A DNA stretch of 63,166 bases from a virus (taxonomy: Duplodnaviria > Caudoviricetes): the IMG/VR virus record IMGVR_UViG_3300037191_001756, positions 1-63,166 of that record; one strand, 5' to 3'. A program made the translations under genes and the position numbers. Each line of letters starts with the position of its first letter. Position 1 is the stretch's first letter. Below are positions 44,026-54,393 of this stretch, in pieces. The notes beneath the pieces are model-generated. The model was given only the letters and a program-made list of their open reading frames with translations, was not told the origin of the DNA and did no database searches.

Positions 44026-47000
44026 TTTTGTATCTTTTAGTTTTAAATGTTTTGTTACCTGTAATAAAAGTTTCTATATTAATTTTACTTCTATTTGTAG
44101 TGTTAGTATAAAACAATTTATTATCTGAATTTTCTATAATATCTTGAAACCTAATTATATTAGAAGACAGTGTAGATTGGTCATAATGAAAAGAGCTATC
44201 TCCTAAATTTTCTCTAAACACTTCCATTGTTGATTCTGTTTCAGCTCCATTGTGTCCAGCTACTTTAGGATTAGTATAATTAAGTCCTACAGGTTTGAAA
44301 GGTAACTTTGCATTATTTAAATTATAAAACCCATTGTTAATATTGTAGTGGTATGATTCCTGAGTTCCCCATGTTATACTATTCCAGTTTATATAAACAT
44401 TTTCACTTTCTGTTTTATAACTTTTATCTAATAAACCTTCTGCTATTGGAAAATGATAATTATTAGATAATAGTAAATTATACAAAGTACCTTCTGTTAT
44501 TGTTATAGTATTAGTGGTAACGTCTAAAGTAACATCAGCTGTACCAGAATAATTTACTATACTCAAACCTGTACAATCAAAATTAAATACTCCAGTAACA
44601 TTTATACCATTACTATCTATACAATTAGAGTTTATTAGTTTCATGTCAGAAGCAACTTTACCTTTGTATGTAGCAAGCTCCCCTGTTACGTCTAAGCTAC
44701 TATTATTAATAATAGGGATAATTGTATCATTACCTATTAAATCTTCTGCAAGCTCTTCGTACTCACTAAAACCTAGAGGTGCAATAATAATATTAGTTAA
44801 TTGATTAGGTATCAACTCTTCACTAAATAAGGCATTTAAACCTAAATAATTATTCCCTATACTATAAGGATTAAATGATATTGGTACACCCAATGAATTA
44901 AATAATAAAGTATTATGTTCTAATCCACTTCCTTGGTCAAACTTCTTCAACAAACTAGGTGCAGCTGGTGCAAGTAGTTTTGTTTCTGCGTTGTTATGCC
45001 ATGCTCCTGCTGGATTTGTGTATGCTCCGTTGATTTTGTAGGGTCTTTTGACTCCGTTACCAGTATCACTAAACCCACTCACAATATTACTATGATACAT
45101 ACCTTGTGTAGAACCCCAAAAAGTAGCTTCGGTAATATTATTCCAAGTAATGAATTTGGTTGAGTCTTCTCTTGCGTATGAAATTGTTCCTGCTCCTTCT
45201 GCAAGTGGAAAAGTTTTTAATCCGTTAGCGTCAGAAATTGTTACATTCCATAATTTAGTAGCTAATGTTGATGCTGAACCTGGTGTCCCACCAAACATCA
45301 TTGTGAAATTTTTGTTAATTAATTTGCTTGGGTTTGTATGTACAACTGAATAATTAAGCACATCATTTATGTATAAAGATAGAGTATCTACGCCATCAAA
45401 ATGCAGTTTGAATTTAGCAGCGTTTACAGGCATAACACTTCCAGTGTTTGGGGTGTGTCCTGCCGATTCTATCTTCATATTTGGATAGTTTGGCTTAAAT
45501 AAAAGGTACTCATCTGACACAAGGGTAGTCATACTTACTAATACTCTAACTGAAGTATTAGTAGATTCATCAATATCTGCTTCAATCTCCCAGTACCATT
45601 CACCAGTGCCTGTTGATAGCGTGTAACTTAAATCACCGTAATCATCTGTACCATCCAAATTTACACAATTACTCTCAACAAAATTAGCATTAAGCTTAAC
45701 TAGTCCAACGTGTTGTAAGTCGTTTCCTAGTACATCTTTTGTGATGTTTGACTCATCCCTTGGGATTTCTACGTCTGCTGTTGGTGATGAAGTTGTTTTT
45801 TGGTAATCGGTTGCGACTGAGCCAAGTTCTACTTGTATTTCTTTCAAAAGAACCGAGCTTAACCCATCTCCTGTGAATAAAGCAGTTCCATCAAGGGATG
45901 GTCCAATTGCAATATTTCCAGTTGCCGAAGTAGTATTACCCGAAAAAGTTCCTGTTATAAATACATAACCGTTAGCATCAATTGCATGTGTTAAATTGCC
46001 ATAACTTGAGTGTTGTGTAGTAAAAGAGCTTGTCGAAAATTTATAAAACAACGCAGCTGATACAGCACCATCCCAGATATTAAACTTTAACCAATCTGCA
46101 TCTACAAACTTTACTTTAAATTGAAAATATTTAGCTTCCCCTGCGATAAAGTATTGATTTGGTTGAACAATATGGTGAGATGAATTTGCAGTATCTAAGA
46201 TTATAGAGTTTCCAGAAATTGTTACATTACTTTTTATCCATTCCGATTTAGAAAAGTCGTTACTGTACCTTAACAAATTCACTCCCTCACTATACCCAAC
46301 TTGATTTAACCATGAGTAACTAACACCTATATCTGTAGTATGGAAAGTAGATAGTGTAGCGTTTGTAATTGTACCATGATTACCATTCCCAGATGAGTCA
46401 AAAGCTGTTGTTCCTCCTCCTTCATCACACTTATAATGTGTACCATCTGAGAGTAGTATGTTATATATTAATCCTGTTGTAATATCTAATCTCCCTACTG
46501 AAATTGTTGGTATTGCATCACCATCGTAAGATATTACTGTTTCGCTACCTAATAAATATGCGGAAGCAATATAATCGTCTACTCCATCAAAGTTGTAACA
46601 ACGCCCTGCAAAAACCTCACCTTCACGTAACCCAATACTATCCACCATTTGAGTAGCAGAAATATTTGTATACTTAGCAACCGTTCTATTTGTTATAGCA
46701 ATATCACTACCTTCGTAAACAACGTCAGTAACTCCATTTATAAACCTAGGATGAATAATCATTAAATCACTTGAAGAAAATATACTACCTACGCTGTCTT
46801 GACCACCACCTAACAAAATATCACTATTATATGTAGATAGTAATTGTGTTGAAGTTTCTGTTGTAGTAATACTGCCAACCACAATTGTTTTGTTTACATA
46901 ATCAACTATTACTTTATAAATAGTGTTGTCAGTAACTACAGTTATATTTCTTTTATTTTGTCCGTCAAAATTAACAGAAACTTTACCTTCTGAGTCAATA

Positions 47001-47605
47001 ATAATATTTCTATTCGTTGTAGAAGAAATATCATTATAACCTACTACAGTTTGATTTACGCTTGATGTTTGTAAATAAAGAATTACTTTGTCGATATCTG
47101 TAGATATATTTGTATCAAACACGTCATTACTTTCAACTACTTTGAGTCCTTTAGAGTAACCAACTTCATTTGTGTAGTTGGTTAAATCTTTAGACCTCAT
47201 AAGTTGGTGTGTTATATCCCCAGATAATGTAGCATGATTACCGTTACCAGATGAATCGTAAACATTAATACCAGTTCTTTCTTCACATTTATAAAATGTA
47301 CCATCACTTAATAAAATATTAGCAACCCAACCAATTCCTACAGCTAATTGTCCTGTGGTCAAAGTCAATATAGCTGTGCCATCCTTACTTATCACTGTTT
47401 GGTTAGTTATATGGTTACTTAAAATACCAGTACTTATTCCGTTACTAAGATAAACTGACTTATCATATTGCTTACCATGATAACCCCCCACACTATCTAA
47501 CAGGTGTGTTGTTGACACAGCATTAAGTTTTTGTTTTCTAGCTAAACGTAGAAAATACTCTGAGAAATTACCATTTCTTAATGTACCTGTTTTAAAGTTA
47601 TTCAT
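43994..47605 (-). CDS. tail fibre/spike with LamG/ConA-like and repeated modules
   Basis: FDGVDDY, DSSGNGNHG, NLLRYSNDFS..QVELGSVATDYQKT motifs; internal duplications. Confidence 0.75.
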   Translation of the reverse strand: MNNFKTGTLRNGNFSEYFLRLARKQKLNAVSTTHLLDSVGGYHGKQYDKSVYLSNGISTGILSNHITNQTVISKDGTAILTLTTGQLAVGIGWVANILLSDGTFYKCEERTGINVYDSSGNGNHATLSGDITHQLMRSKDLTNYTNEVGYSKGLKVVESNDVFDTNISTDIDKVILYLQTSSVNQTVVGYNDISSTTNRNIIIDSEGKVSVNFDGQNKRNITVVTDNTIYKVIVDYVNKTIVVGSITTTETSTQLLSTYNSDILLGGGQDSVGSIFSSSDLMIIHPRFINGVTDVVYEGSDIAITNRTVAKYTNISATQMVDSIGLREGEVFAGRCYNFDGVDDYIASAYLLGSETVISYDGDAIPTISVGRLDITTGLIYNILLSDGTHYKCDEGGGTTAFDSSGNGNHGTITNATLSTFHTTDIGVSYSWLNQVGYSEGVNLLRYSNDFSKSEWIKSNVTISGNSIILDTANSSHHIVQPNQYFIAGEAKYFQFKVKFVDADWLKFNIWDGAVSAALFYKFSTSSFTTQHSSYGNLTHAIDANGYVFITGTFSGNTTSATGNIAIGPSLDGTALFTGDGLSSVLLKEIQVELGSVATDYQKTTSSPTADVEIPRDESNITKDVLGNDLQHVGLVKLNANFVESNCVNLDGTDDYGDLSYTLSTGTGEWYWEIEADIDESTNTSVRVLVSMTTLVSDEYLLFKPNYPNMKIESAGHTPNTGSVMPVNAAKFKLHFDGVDTLSLYINDVLNYSVVHTNPSKLINKNFTMMFGGTPGSASTLATKLWNVTISDANGLKTFPLAEGAGTISYAREDSTKFITWNNITEATFWGSTQGMYHSNIVSGFSDTGNGVKRPYKINGAYTNPAGAWHNNAETKLLAPAAPSLLKKFDQGSGLEHNTLLFNSLGVPISFNPYSIGNNYLGLNALFSEELIPNQLTNIIIAPLGFSEYEELAEDLIGNDTIIPIINNSSLDVTGELATYKGKVASDMKLINSNCIDSNGINVTGVFNFDCTGLSIVNYSGTADVTLDVTTNTITITEGTLYNLLLSNNYHFPIAEGLLDKSYKTESENVYINWNSITWGTQESYHYNINNGFYNLNNAKLPFKPVGLNYTNPKVAGHNGAETESTMEVFRENLGDSSFHYDQSTLSSNIIRFQDIIENSDNKLFYTNTTNRSKINIETFITGNKTFKTKRYKNGFHKNHNTL

Positions 47606-47608
47606 AGT

Positions 47609-48100
47609 TTATAAATCTATTAACTCAGTATAAGTTTTACTTGCTCTTGCTGTCCATAAAGTATTAAATGCAGCTGTATTAGCTACAATTTCTTGGTAGT
47701 ATTTTTTAGATACTAAAAATCCTACAATAGTAGTTTGCACTAGTGTTATAGATTTTCTATTATTAAAATCAACAAAAGCTTCATAATCATCTTCTACTCT
47801 TACGGAGATATTATCATTAGATAATACTATAGCATTAGCTAAATTATTGACTGAATTTACTAAGTCATTAATATTTCCAGTAAAAGCTGCACCATTGATT
47901 TCACTAATACTAAGTAAAGAAACATGAATAGAATTTGTACCTGAGTTATTAAAATTAGTGCTATCACTAATTAATATAGAAGCAGGAAAACTGCTGTCAG
48001 GATTTACTTTTATAACGATATTAGATGGAAATAAATATAATATATTATCTGCTTCATCTAATAATATTAAACTTCCTGTGTCTGATTTTTGTATTTTCAT
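47609..48100 (-). CDS. putative virion protein
   Basis: Track ORF to 48127; likely start MKIQK at 48100; ends WTARASKTY. Confidence 0.6.
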   Translation of the reverse strand: MKIQKSDTGSLILLDEADNILYLFPSNIVIKVNPDSSFPASILISDSTNFNNSGTNSIHVSLLSISEINGAAFTGNINDLVNSVNNLANAIVLSNDNISVRVEDDYEAFVDFNNRKSITLVQTTIVGFLVSKKYYQEIVANTAAFNTLWTARASKTYTELIDL

Positions 48101-48101
48101 T

Positions 48102-48320
48102 TTATTTACATAGATTGCAAATTTCAACTAATCTTGAAATTTTATTGAATATCAAGTCTTTTTTTATTATATCTTCTTCTTCTACTTTAGTCAATAAGTA
48201 TTCATAACCATATATCAATACCCAAAGACATTTTGAAGTTACTGGCAACATATTTCCAAAATAAATTTGATGTTGCATTTCTTTTTTAACTCTGTTTATA
48301 AAAATTTGTTTTTTGTTCAT
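48102..48320 (-). CDS. small structural-module protein
   Basis: 72 aa, coupled to both neighbours; ends in CNLC. Confidence 0.6.
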   Translation of the reverse strand: MNKKQIFINRVKKEMQHQIYFGNMLPVTSKCLWVLIYGYEYLLTKVEEEDIIKKDLIFNKISRLVEICNLCK

Positions 48321-48898
48321 TACCTAATTTTTATAATGTCATTAAATGTTCCTATATTATAACCTGTTGCAACTGTTATAAAATCACAATTCTCACAAAC
48401 TGTAGTTGTTTCATACAACTTATTAAAAATAATATTAGCAGTAGTAAAATCTTCTAAGGTAAGAGCTACTTTTATAGCCTCTATCTTAGTCAGAATTTCT
48501 GTTGATTTTAAACAAGCTACACAATCACAATCAAAAATATCTATTTCAGACTCTAAAGAATCTAAAAATGCTTTATATAATACACCTAAATTAGTTGCCA
48601 CTCCTAGTTCATAAGAGTTGTTTAAAGGTGTTAGTAAAGGATTAAAGTCTACTACTTGGTTATCAAATAATTGTACATAAAAAATACCATCTAAAGCTGT
48701 AAGTCCTAGAAATGCTGCTGTAATAGTAATATCTTCTGTTGCATTTTCTTGAATTAAACTTTGGATATCTACACTAGTAGTTAATTTCTTATAAGTGTCG
48801 TGATACCACACTAACCCAAACTCATATATTGTAGCAGGAGATGTAGGTGTTGCTTTAAGTCTTAAAGTATTATTTTCTACATAGAATTCTGTAATCAT
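48320..48898 (-). CDS. putative tail hub protein
   Basis: Follows the auxiliary capsid gene; beta N-terminus, helical C-terminus with CDCVAC and CENC; start moved to MITEF because a terminator lies in the longer ORF. Confidence 0.55.
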   Translation of the reverse strand: MITEFYVENNTLRLKATPTSPATIYEFGLVWYHDTYKKLTTSVDIQSLIQENATEDITITAAFLGLTALDGIFYVQLFDNQVVDFNPLLTPLNNSYELGVATNLGVLYKAFLDSLESEIDIFDCDCVACLKSTEILTKIEAIKVALTLEDFTTANIIFNKLYETTTVCENCDFITVATGYNIGTFNDIIKIR

Positions 48899-48909
48899 AA
48901 CTTTATAGT

Positions 48910-48935
48910 AAAAAAGGGAGGAATTAACCTCCCTT
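48910..48935 (-). terminator. intrinsic terminator after the auxiliary capsid gene
   Basis: Minus strand AAGGGAGG-ttaatt-CCTCCC followed by a T run. Confidence 0.8.
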
Positions 48936-48973
48936 ATAATGAAAAATGAATAAACCAAATATATTATTTACTC

Positions 48974-50224
48974 TTACTCAGAAATACCATCTAAAATTGT
49001 ACTAGAAGGTGCTGCTTCAACTCCTGAAGCTCCATCTGTACTTGCTGTAACATCATCAGCTAAGGGGTCAAGTCCTTGCCCTGCTACGATAGCATCAATG
49101 ATAGCAATAAAAGAATTTCTTGCTGCTGTGTTAGCTGTAGGGAAAGCTACAGTCACACTTTGTCTATTAGGAGTATATTCTTGAGTTAATGAGTAGAATT
49201 TTAAATCATAAAATAAATCAACTAAGTCGTACTTAAGAGATTTTTCTACTAATGCTACTGTGTCATTTTTTTGTAATCCTGTGATAGAGCTTACTCTATA
49301 AGCAGAACCTTGATGACCACCTGCATTATATTCTCTTTGATATAAATCATATCCTGAGCCCATTTCATAAGCTAATTCTTGTGTGATAGTAACATCTTTG
49401 TCACAAGAAAATCCATCAGCTAAAGCTACTTTAACATCAGTTTGTCTAGTTAAGAAATAGTTTAAATTAATACCATTAAAACTAGCTTCTGCTATAGCAC
49501 TTACTTCAACTGTTAAGTATGAATAAAATCTTTCAGCAACTGTATCTACAGTTCTGTTGAATTTTGCTAATACTAACAAATCTGCATAAACTGTAATTAC
49601 TTCATTTGCAGAATAATTTTTAGATAAAACACCACCTGCTGCAACATCAGTAATCAATGTAGCTGCTGTCATTACTGCTTTAGCAGTAAGTAATTTGTCA
49701 GTGTCAGCATTAATAGATTGAACCATTAAAGAAGTTACTTCATTAGTGTCTCCACTAAAGCAAGTAAAACAATCATCACAACATCCTGTTTTTACATTGT
49801 AAATCTTAGTATATTGATTAAAACCAATACTTCTATAAATCTGACCATTTTCAAATTGAAACTTAAGCATAAATGCTTTGTCACAATTAGCTTGTGTTCC
49901 AGGATTAATCTTTAAAATCTTATTTCTACCTTGGCTGTAAGATTGAAAAGTGTAACCTGAAATGTTTTTTGATTGAATAGCTAAACCAGGACTCTTGCGA
50001 ATATCAGGAATAACTCCTCCTGTAGGAGTACCTACTCCAATAGCTACATAAAAATCTCTAATTTTATCTAAATTTGAAGTTGTTGCATCAACAGACTTAT
50101 TAGTAGACCCATCAAAAACAGCTACTTGCCCTTCTCCCAAACCAGAAATATCTTGGTTTTTTGCATAAATTGTCGTTCCTGCTTTAACAGGCAAGACTTT
50201 GTTAATATCGTTAATTCGTGACAT
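48974..50224 (-). CDS. auxiliary capsid / abundant virion protein
   Basis: 416 aa, after the ring gene downstream of MCP and followed by its own terminator; GSGYDL..E motif. Confidence 0.6.
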   Translation of the reverse strand: MSRINDINKVLPVKAGTTIYAKNQDISGLGEGQVAVFDGSTNKSVDATTSNLDKIRDFYVAIGVGTPTGGVIPDIRKSPGLAIQSKNISGYTFQSYSQGRNKILKINPGTQANCDKAFMLKFQFENGQIYRSIGFNQYTKIYNVKTGCCDDCFTCFSGDTNEVTSLMVQSINADTDKLLTAKAVMTAATLITDVAAGGVLSKNYSANEVITVYADLLVLAKFNRTVDTVAERFYSYLTVEVSAIAEASFNGINLNYFLTRQTDVKVALADGFSCDKDVTITQELAYEMGSGYDLYQREYNAGGHQGSAYRVSSITGLQKNDTVALVEKSLKYDLVDLFYDLKFYSLTQEYTPNRQSVTVAFPTANTAARNSFIAIIDAIVAGQGLDPLADDVTASTDGASGVEAAPSSTILDGISE

Positions 50225-50239
50225 TATTCGTATTTTTAA

Positions 50240-50944
50240 TTATGAATTCAACACATTAAGGTTAGTCCTTAGCATGTCAGTTTGTAAATTAGTACTACTT
50301 AAGTTTTGAGAAGCTAATAATACAGCTAAATCAACAATGTACTTATGAGTACTATCTATTAATAAACAATCTTGAGTTCCTGTTAAAACTATGCTATCAA
50401 GTTTTGTATAAGTTCCTCCTCTATAATCTCCAGCGTTGTGAAGATATGGATGTTTTTTTATAAAAGTAACATCTAATGAATCAACTACGAAGTCCTCTAT
50501 ATAAGGTTTTATTCCATTTTGGTCAAAAGTGATGTTTAATTCTCTCCATTCAAATGAAGATTTGTTAAAACTATTACCTTGGAAAACATCATCATGTTGC
50601 CTTACAGTAGGTGTAATAGAAATACTAGAGCAGGCTCCTTTAGAACATAGAGCTTCTGACTTGACATAAAACCAATAAGAATCAGGAATTAAAAAGTATT
50701 CTCCATCTTTATTGAATCTTAAATTTGTTACTAAAGTTCTTATTTCTTCTATATTTCTAGTTCCTTTTTCAAAACCCTTAAAGTTTACATCAGATTTCCT
50801 AGGAAAAGCTACATTCTCTACAAACAACTCTAAAGCTAAATTTAATAAATGGTCTATCTCTGGTATAATAAAGTTTCTATTACCATTAGAATCAAGTTTA
50901 TTAATTTTAGCTTTAAAATCGTAATGCATTTCTTTTACATTCAT
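50240..50944 (-). CDS. tail ring protein
   Basis: MNVKEMHYDFK..KLDS..PEIDHLLN..GFE..IEEIRTL..HKYIVDLAV, typical of the crAss ring gene near MCP. Confidence 0.8.
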   Translation of the reverse strand: MNVKEMHYDFKAKINKLDSNGNRNFIIPEIDHLLNLALELFVENVAFPRKSDVNFKGFEKGTRNIEEIRTLVTNLRFNKDGEYFLIPDSYWFYVKSEALCSKGACSSISITPTVRQHDDVFQGNSFNKSSFEWRELNITFDQNGIKPYIEDFVVDSLDVTFIKKHPYLHNAGDYRGGTYTKLDSIVLTGTQDCLLIDSTHKYIVDLAVLLASQNLSSTNLQTDMLRTNLNVLNS

Positions 50945-50950
50945 GGTATT

Positions 50951-51751
50951 TTAATTTTTGATAGCTTTTTTAATTTGCAAACTTAATGGTTGATTAATGT
51001 CTTGCATTAAAAACCTAGAAGTTTCTACTACATTAATGCCAAGTAAAGTTTCAAAATAATGAATACCACCTTCTTTTTTTCTTAATACATTATGATACAA
51101 AGCTTCCTCTACCATTGCATTAGTTAGCAAAAATGCTTTGTCTTCTGAGCTTTGTTTAAAGAAATCTACCACTTCTTTAGTTTTAGCTTCAATTAACTCA
51201 TCTACTGTTATATCTACTGCATCATTGGATAAACCTTTAGTCATTCTTCCTCCAATTAGTAAGCAAAGTGCATCTTTAAGAACTCTACTAGAATTCATTG
51301 CTGACTTAATAGCTGAGTATTTTAATTTTACTCTTGATGTCTTAGTTTCTAATTCTTCTTCTTCACTATAAATATAGTGTGTTGCTCTGGGAAATAGTCC
51401 ATTTTTATAGTCTGCTAATGAATTAGCTACAATAGAACTTCCTTTACATATTCTGTATTTAATAAAATCTAATGGTGTAGTTGTTTCATATACTACAGGA
51501 ATATCTTTTAAAACTACTGTTGCTGTTTTAGAATCCCAAAATTCATGTGGAGATCCATTCTTAAAATGGAGAGATAAGTTCCTGTTCAATTTAACACCAT
51601 ACTCTTCTATCTCTTCACTTGTCATATCCACAGCATATTGCATAGACTTAGAATCTATCAAAGCTGTAAAACTAGTGTCATTAGTGATGCTAGTATTAGA
51701 ATCTAATCCATGCCATCTACTCTTATCTATTGGTTTAATTGTTATTAACAT
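50951..51751 (-). CDS. conserved crAss capsid-module protein downstream of MCP
   Basis: Synteny; FWDS..VVL..TPLDFIKY..VANS..ATHYIY. Confidence 0.7.
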   Translation of the reverse strand: MLITIKPIDKSRWHGLDSNTSITNDTSFTALIDSKSMQYAVDMTSEEIEEYGVKLNRNLSLHFKNGSPHEFWDSKTATVVLKDIPVVYETTTPLDFIKYRICKGSSIVANSLADYKNGLFPRATHYIYSEEEELETKTSRVKLKYSAIKSAMNSSRVLKDALCLLIGGRMTKGLSNDAVDITVDELIEAKTKEVVDFFKQSSEDKAFLLTNAMVEEALYHNVLRKKEGGIHYFETLLGINVVETSRFLMQDINQPLSLQIKKAIKN

Positions 51752-51772
51752 TTTTCATTTTTAGTTTAAATT

Positions 51773-51799
51773 AGTAAAGAGGACTAAGTCCTCTTTACT
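51773..51799 (-). terminator. stem-loop after the major capsid gene
   Basis: AGTAAAGAGGAC-taa-GTCCTCTTTACT perfect 12-bp stem; interrupted U tract. Confidence 0.7.
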
Positions 51800-51813
51800 T
51801 TAATATACACTTC

Positions 51814-53268
51814 TTATTGTCTTTCTAAAATCAATTCTCCACACTTAGAGATATCTTCAATGTGAACACCTTTATGGTCACTTACATGCATCTCATAGAA
51901 TTCTCCACCATGAGCAGCTTCTTGATTAACTTTAGGTCCGTAAGGAGTTACACCACCATTCACATACCAGAATTTATAAGCATCTTTTTTACTTACCATT
52001 TGGATGTTATTTTTGGATCCATCACTACTTCCTAAATCTAAGAAAGTAAATCTCATAGACTCTACAGGGTAACCTGTAATAGGGTCAATCTGAGTGTTCA
52101 AACTTCTATCATCATACAATGGGTTATGTCTCAAAGTTAATGTTGCACCATTAGCCATTTTATATTCTGTGTATTGGTGTCCAATACTCAAAGCATTTTC
52201 ATGATATGGAGAACTTACTTTTTTAGTAGTAACTTCAATGTTTTTCAAGAAACCATTACCATTTACCCATTCTTGTACTACTCTGTTAAATTCTAACATA
52301 CCATACTCACCAGTCCAAGCTTCAATTTGTCTTCCTTTACCTGGAGCTACTCTTGAGTAGAAAATATCCATTAAGAATTCTTCAATTAACTTAGCACTTA
52401 AGTTAGAGTATTTGTGTGTGTGAGAATCTTCTAATTGCTCTTGAATTCCAGGAAAACTTCTTACATCTCTTCCTGTAGAACCTGCAATATTATCAGATTT
52501 TCTATTGTACCAACAAGCTATCTCTAGCTCTTTGTACCACTGTTGCCAAAATTCAACTTCAGCGTAATTAAACCAACTCTTAGACATTTTACCTTTAGAA
52601 TTCTGAATAGCAACTGCTAACACTTCTTCAGCAGCATAATCAGTCATCTCATAACTCTTTCTGAATTTACCTAATCTATTACGAAAAGCAATTCCATCAG
52701 AAAACTGTACACTACCACCTTGAGTAGCTCCTTCTTCATAAGTAGAGAATAATTTAATCCACTGAGAGTTAGGTGTAAAATAAACAGCAGGAATTCCTAA
52801 TTGTCTATCATTAGTAACTAATTGCAATGTGTAAATCCAAGAATTTCCTTGTCTAACTGGATTACCAGTAATACGAGATTGAAATTTCTTACTTCCTGTA
52901 GCAGGACTCATTACATCTCCTGGTTTCCAATCATTGCCATCATAAGCAATTTTAAAAGTCATATTATAACTACCATAAGTAGTTGAAATAGGATTTGGAT
53001 TTTTCATTACTACAGCAGGCTTACGTGTAGCACCTCTCATACTCCATTCCCATTCTAATCCTGAAATTTCACGAGTTCCTCCTTTTGTATTCTGCATCAA
53101 AGCAGTAAAAGGATTGTCAGCATAAATCTGAGAACTAAAAATTTGATTCATAACTTCTTGAAACACAACAGGCTTAGCTTTAAGTGAAGCCCCTAAATGG
53201 TTGTGTTCAGTCATGTTACTGTGCCATTCTTGTTGTTTAATGGCTAACTTACTGATATTAGTATTCAT
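51814..53268 (-). CDS. major capsid protein
   Basis: 484 aa; TEHNHL, EWEWSM, PGIQEQL, TGEYGMLEF, HNPLYDD..DPITGYPVES.RFTFLD, crAss MCP pattern; synteny. Confidence 0.92.
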   Translation of the reverse strand: MNTNISKLAIKQQEWHSNMTEHNHLGASLKAKPVVFQEVMNQIFSSQIYADNPFTALMQNTKGGTREISGLEWEWSMRGATRKPAVVMKNPNPISTTYGSYNMTFKIAYDGNDWKPGDVMSPATGSKKFQSRITGNPVRQGNSWIYTLQLVTNDRQLGIPAVYFTPNSQWIKLFSTYEEGATQGGSVQFSDGIAFRNRLGKFRKSYEMTDYAAEEVLAVAIQNSKGKMSKSWFNYAEVEFWQQWYKELEIACWYNRKSDNIAGSTGRDVRSFPGIQEQLEDSHTHKYSNLSAKLIEEFLMDIFYSRVAPGKGRQIEAWTGEYGMLEFNRVVQEWVNGNGFLKNIEVTTKKVSSPYHENALSIGHQYTEYKMANGATLTLRHNPLYDDRSLNTQIDPITGYPVESMRFTFLDLGSSDGSKNNIQMVSKKDAYKFWYVNGGVTPYGPKVNQEAAHGGEFYEMHVSDHKGVHIEDISKCGELILERQ

Positions 53269-53283
53269 ATGTTTGTCGATTTA

Positions 53284-54309
53284 TTAAAATAGCTCTCTAA
53301 TAGGGACTATTTTTCTTCTATTAATTTTTTTAGTTATTTTTTCTTTTCCTTCAGTTACAAATTGCTTACTTAACCTTGAAATATCAAAATCTTCTTTAGC
53401 TAAAGCTGCTAGTATTGCTAGTTTTTTAGGGTCTTCAAAAGCTGCCAACACATCTCTATGTACTCTAGGCATGCTTCTTCCTGAATCATCTGGAATTGGT
53501 TTAGTAATATACTCATCCAATTCTTTTGCTACTTTAGAACTTAACTTTAAACCTCCTAGATTCTTACTGTCTAACACACTTCTTACTTCAGTGTGAAATT
53601 TTTGAGTAGCAACTTTTCTTTCTTCATTAGCTGCTCTAGATTCTTTAGCTTTTGATTCATGAACTTTACTTTGTTTTACTTTCCACTTATCAAATCTTTT
53701 ATTAGCTACTCCAGTTAATTTACCATTATCTTCTAATGCTTTTAATTGAATTTCTATTTCATCATCTTCGTACCCTGCTGCAATTAAATCTTTCTTTAAA
53801 AAAGACCTAGCTTTATCTTCAGGTAAAGTATCTGATTTCAAGTAGTCAATTTCATCTTCTCTCATAGAAGACATAAACTCTTTTAAACTTCCACCATTCT
53901 TAATAACATACTCATTAAGTTGTCTTAATTCATTAGGTAATCCTTTAATCATTTTATTAAGAGATTCTTGAGTTTTAATTTCAAGAATTTCTTCTAGTAA
54001 ATCTCCTTCTTCTTCTTCAGTTAAAGTAGATATATCAATAGGATTTCCTTCTTCATCTTGTAAATCTTCTAAGTAACCTAGTTTGTTAAGTTTACTGTAA
54101 AAAGGATTTACAACTTTTTCAGGTTCTTCTTCTTTTTCTACTACAGATTCTTCTACCTTAGAAACATCTTCTTCATCCTCAAAATCAAAGAAGTCATCGT
54201 CTGAGATTTCTTTAGTTTCTTTAGTTTCTTTTTCAACTTCTATAACAGGTTCAGTTTCTTCTTCACCAAAAAAGTTGTCCCCTATTAAAATTTCATCAAA
54301 TTCTTCCAT
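53284..54309 (-). CDS. putative capsid scaffolding protein
   Basis: Highly acidic N-terminus, helical; between portal and MCP. Confidence 0.7.
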   Translation of the reverse strand: MEEFDEILIGDNFFGEEETEPVIEVEKETKETKEISDDDFFDFEDEEDVSKVEESVVEKEEEPEKVVNPFYSKLNKLGYLEDLQDEEGNPIDISTLTEEEEGDLLEEILEIKTQESLNKMIKGLPNELRQLNEYVIKNGGSLKEFMSSMREDEIDYLKSDTLPEDKARSFLKKDLIAAGYEDDEIEIQLKALEDNGKLTGVANKRFDKWKVKQSKVHESKAKESRAANEERKVATQKFHTEVRSVLDSKNLGGLKLSSKVAKELDEYITKPIPDDSGRSMPRVHRDVLAAFEDPKKLAILAALAKEDFDISRLSKQFVTEGKEKITKKINRRKIVPIRELF

Positions 54310-54331
54310 GATACTTTTGGTTTATTTTTGT

Positions 54332-54373
54332 AAAGCTACACACAGTAAAATTGTATTACAAATATGTAGCTTT
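54332..54373. promoter_or_regulatory. intergenic inverted repeat upstream of scaffold/MCP
   Basis: AAAGCTACA...TGTAGCTTT outer stem with GTAA/TTAC inner stem. Confidence 0.45.
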
Positions 54374-54393
54374 TCAGATATATAAGTTAATTA

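Noticed and set aside
43994-47605. Diversity-generating retroelement target in the tail fibre
   Set aside because: The repeats are diverged protein-level duplications, not an adenine-specific TR/VR pair, and there is no reverse transcriptase in the window
54207-54234. 9-bp tandem repeat encoding KETKETKE in the scaffold gene
   Set aside because: Short slippage in a low-complexity acidic region with no sign of function
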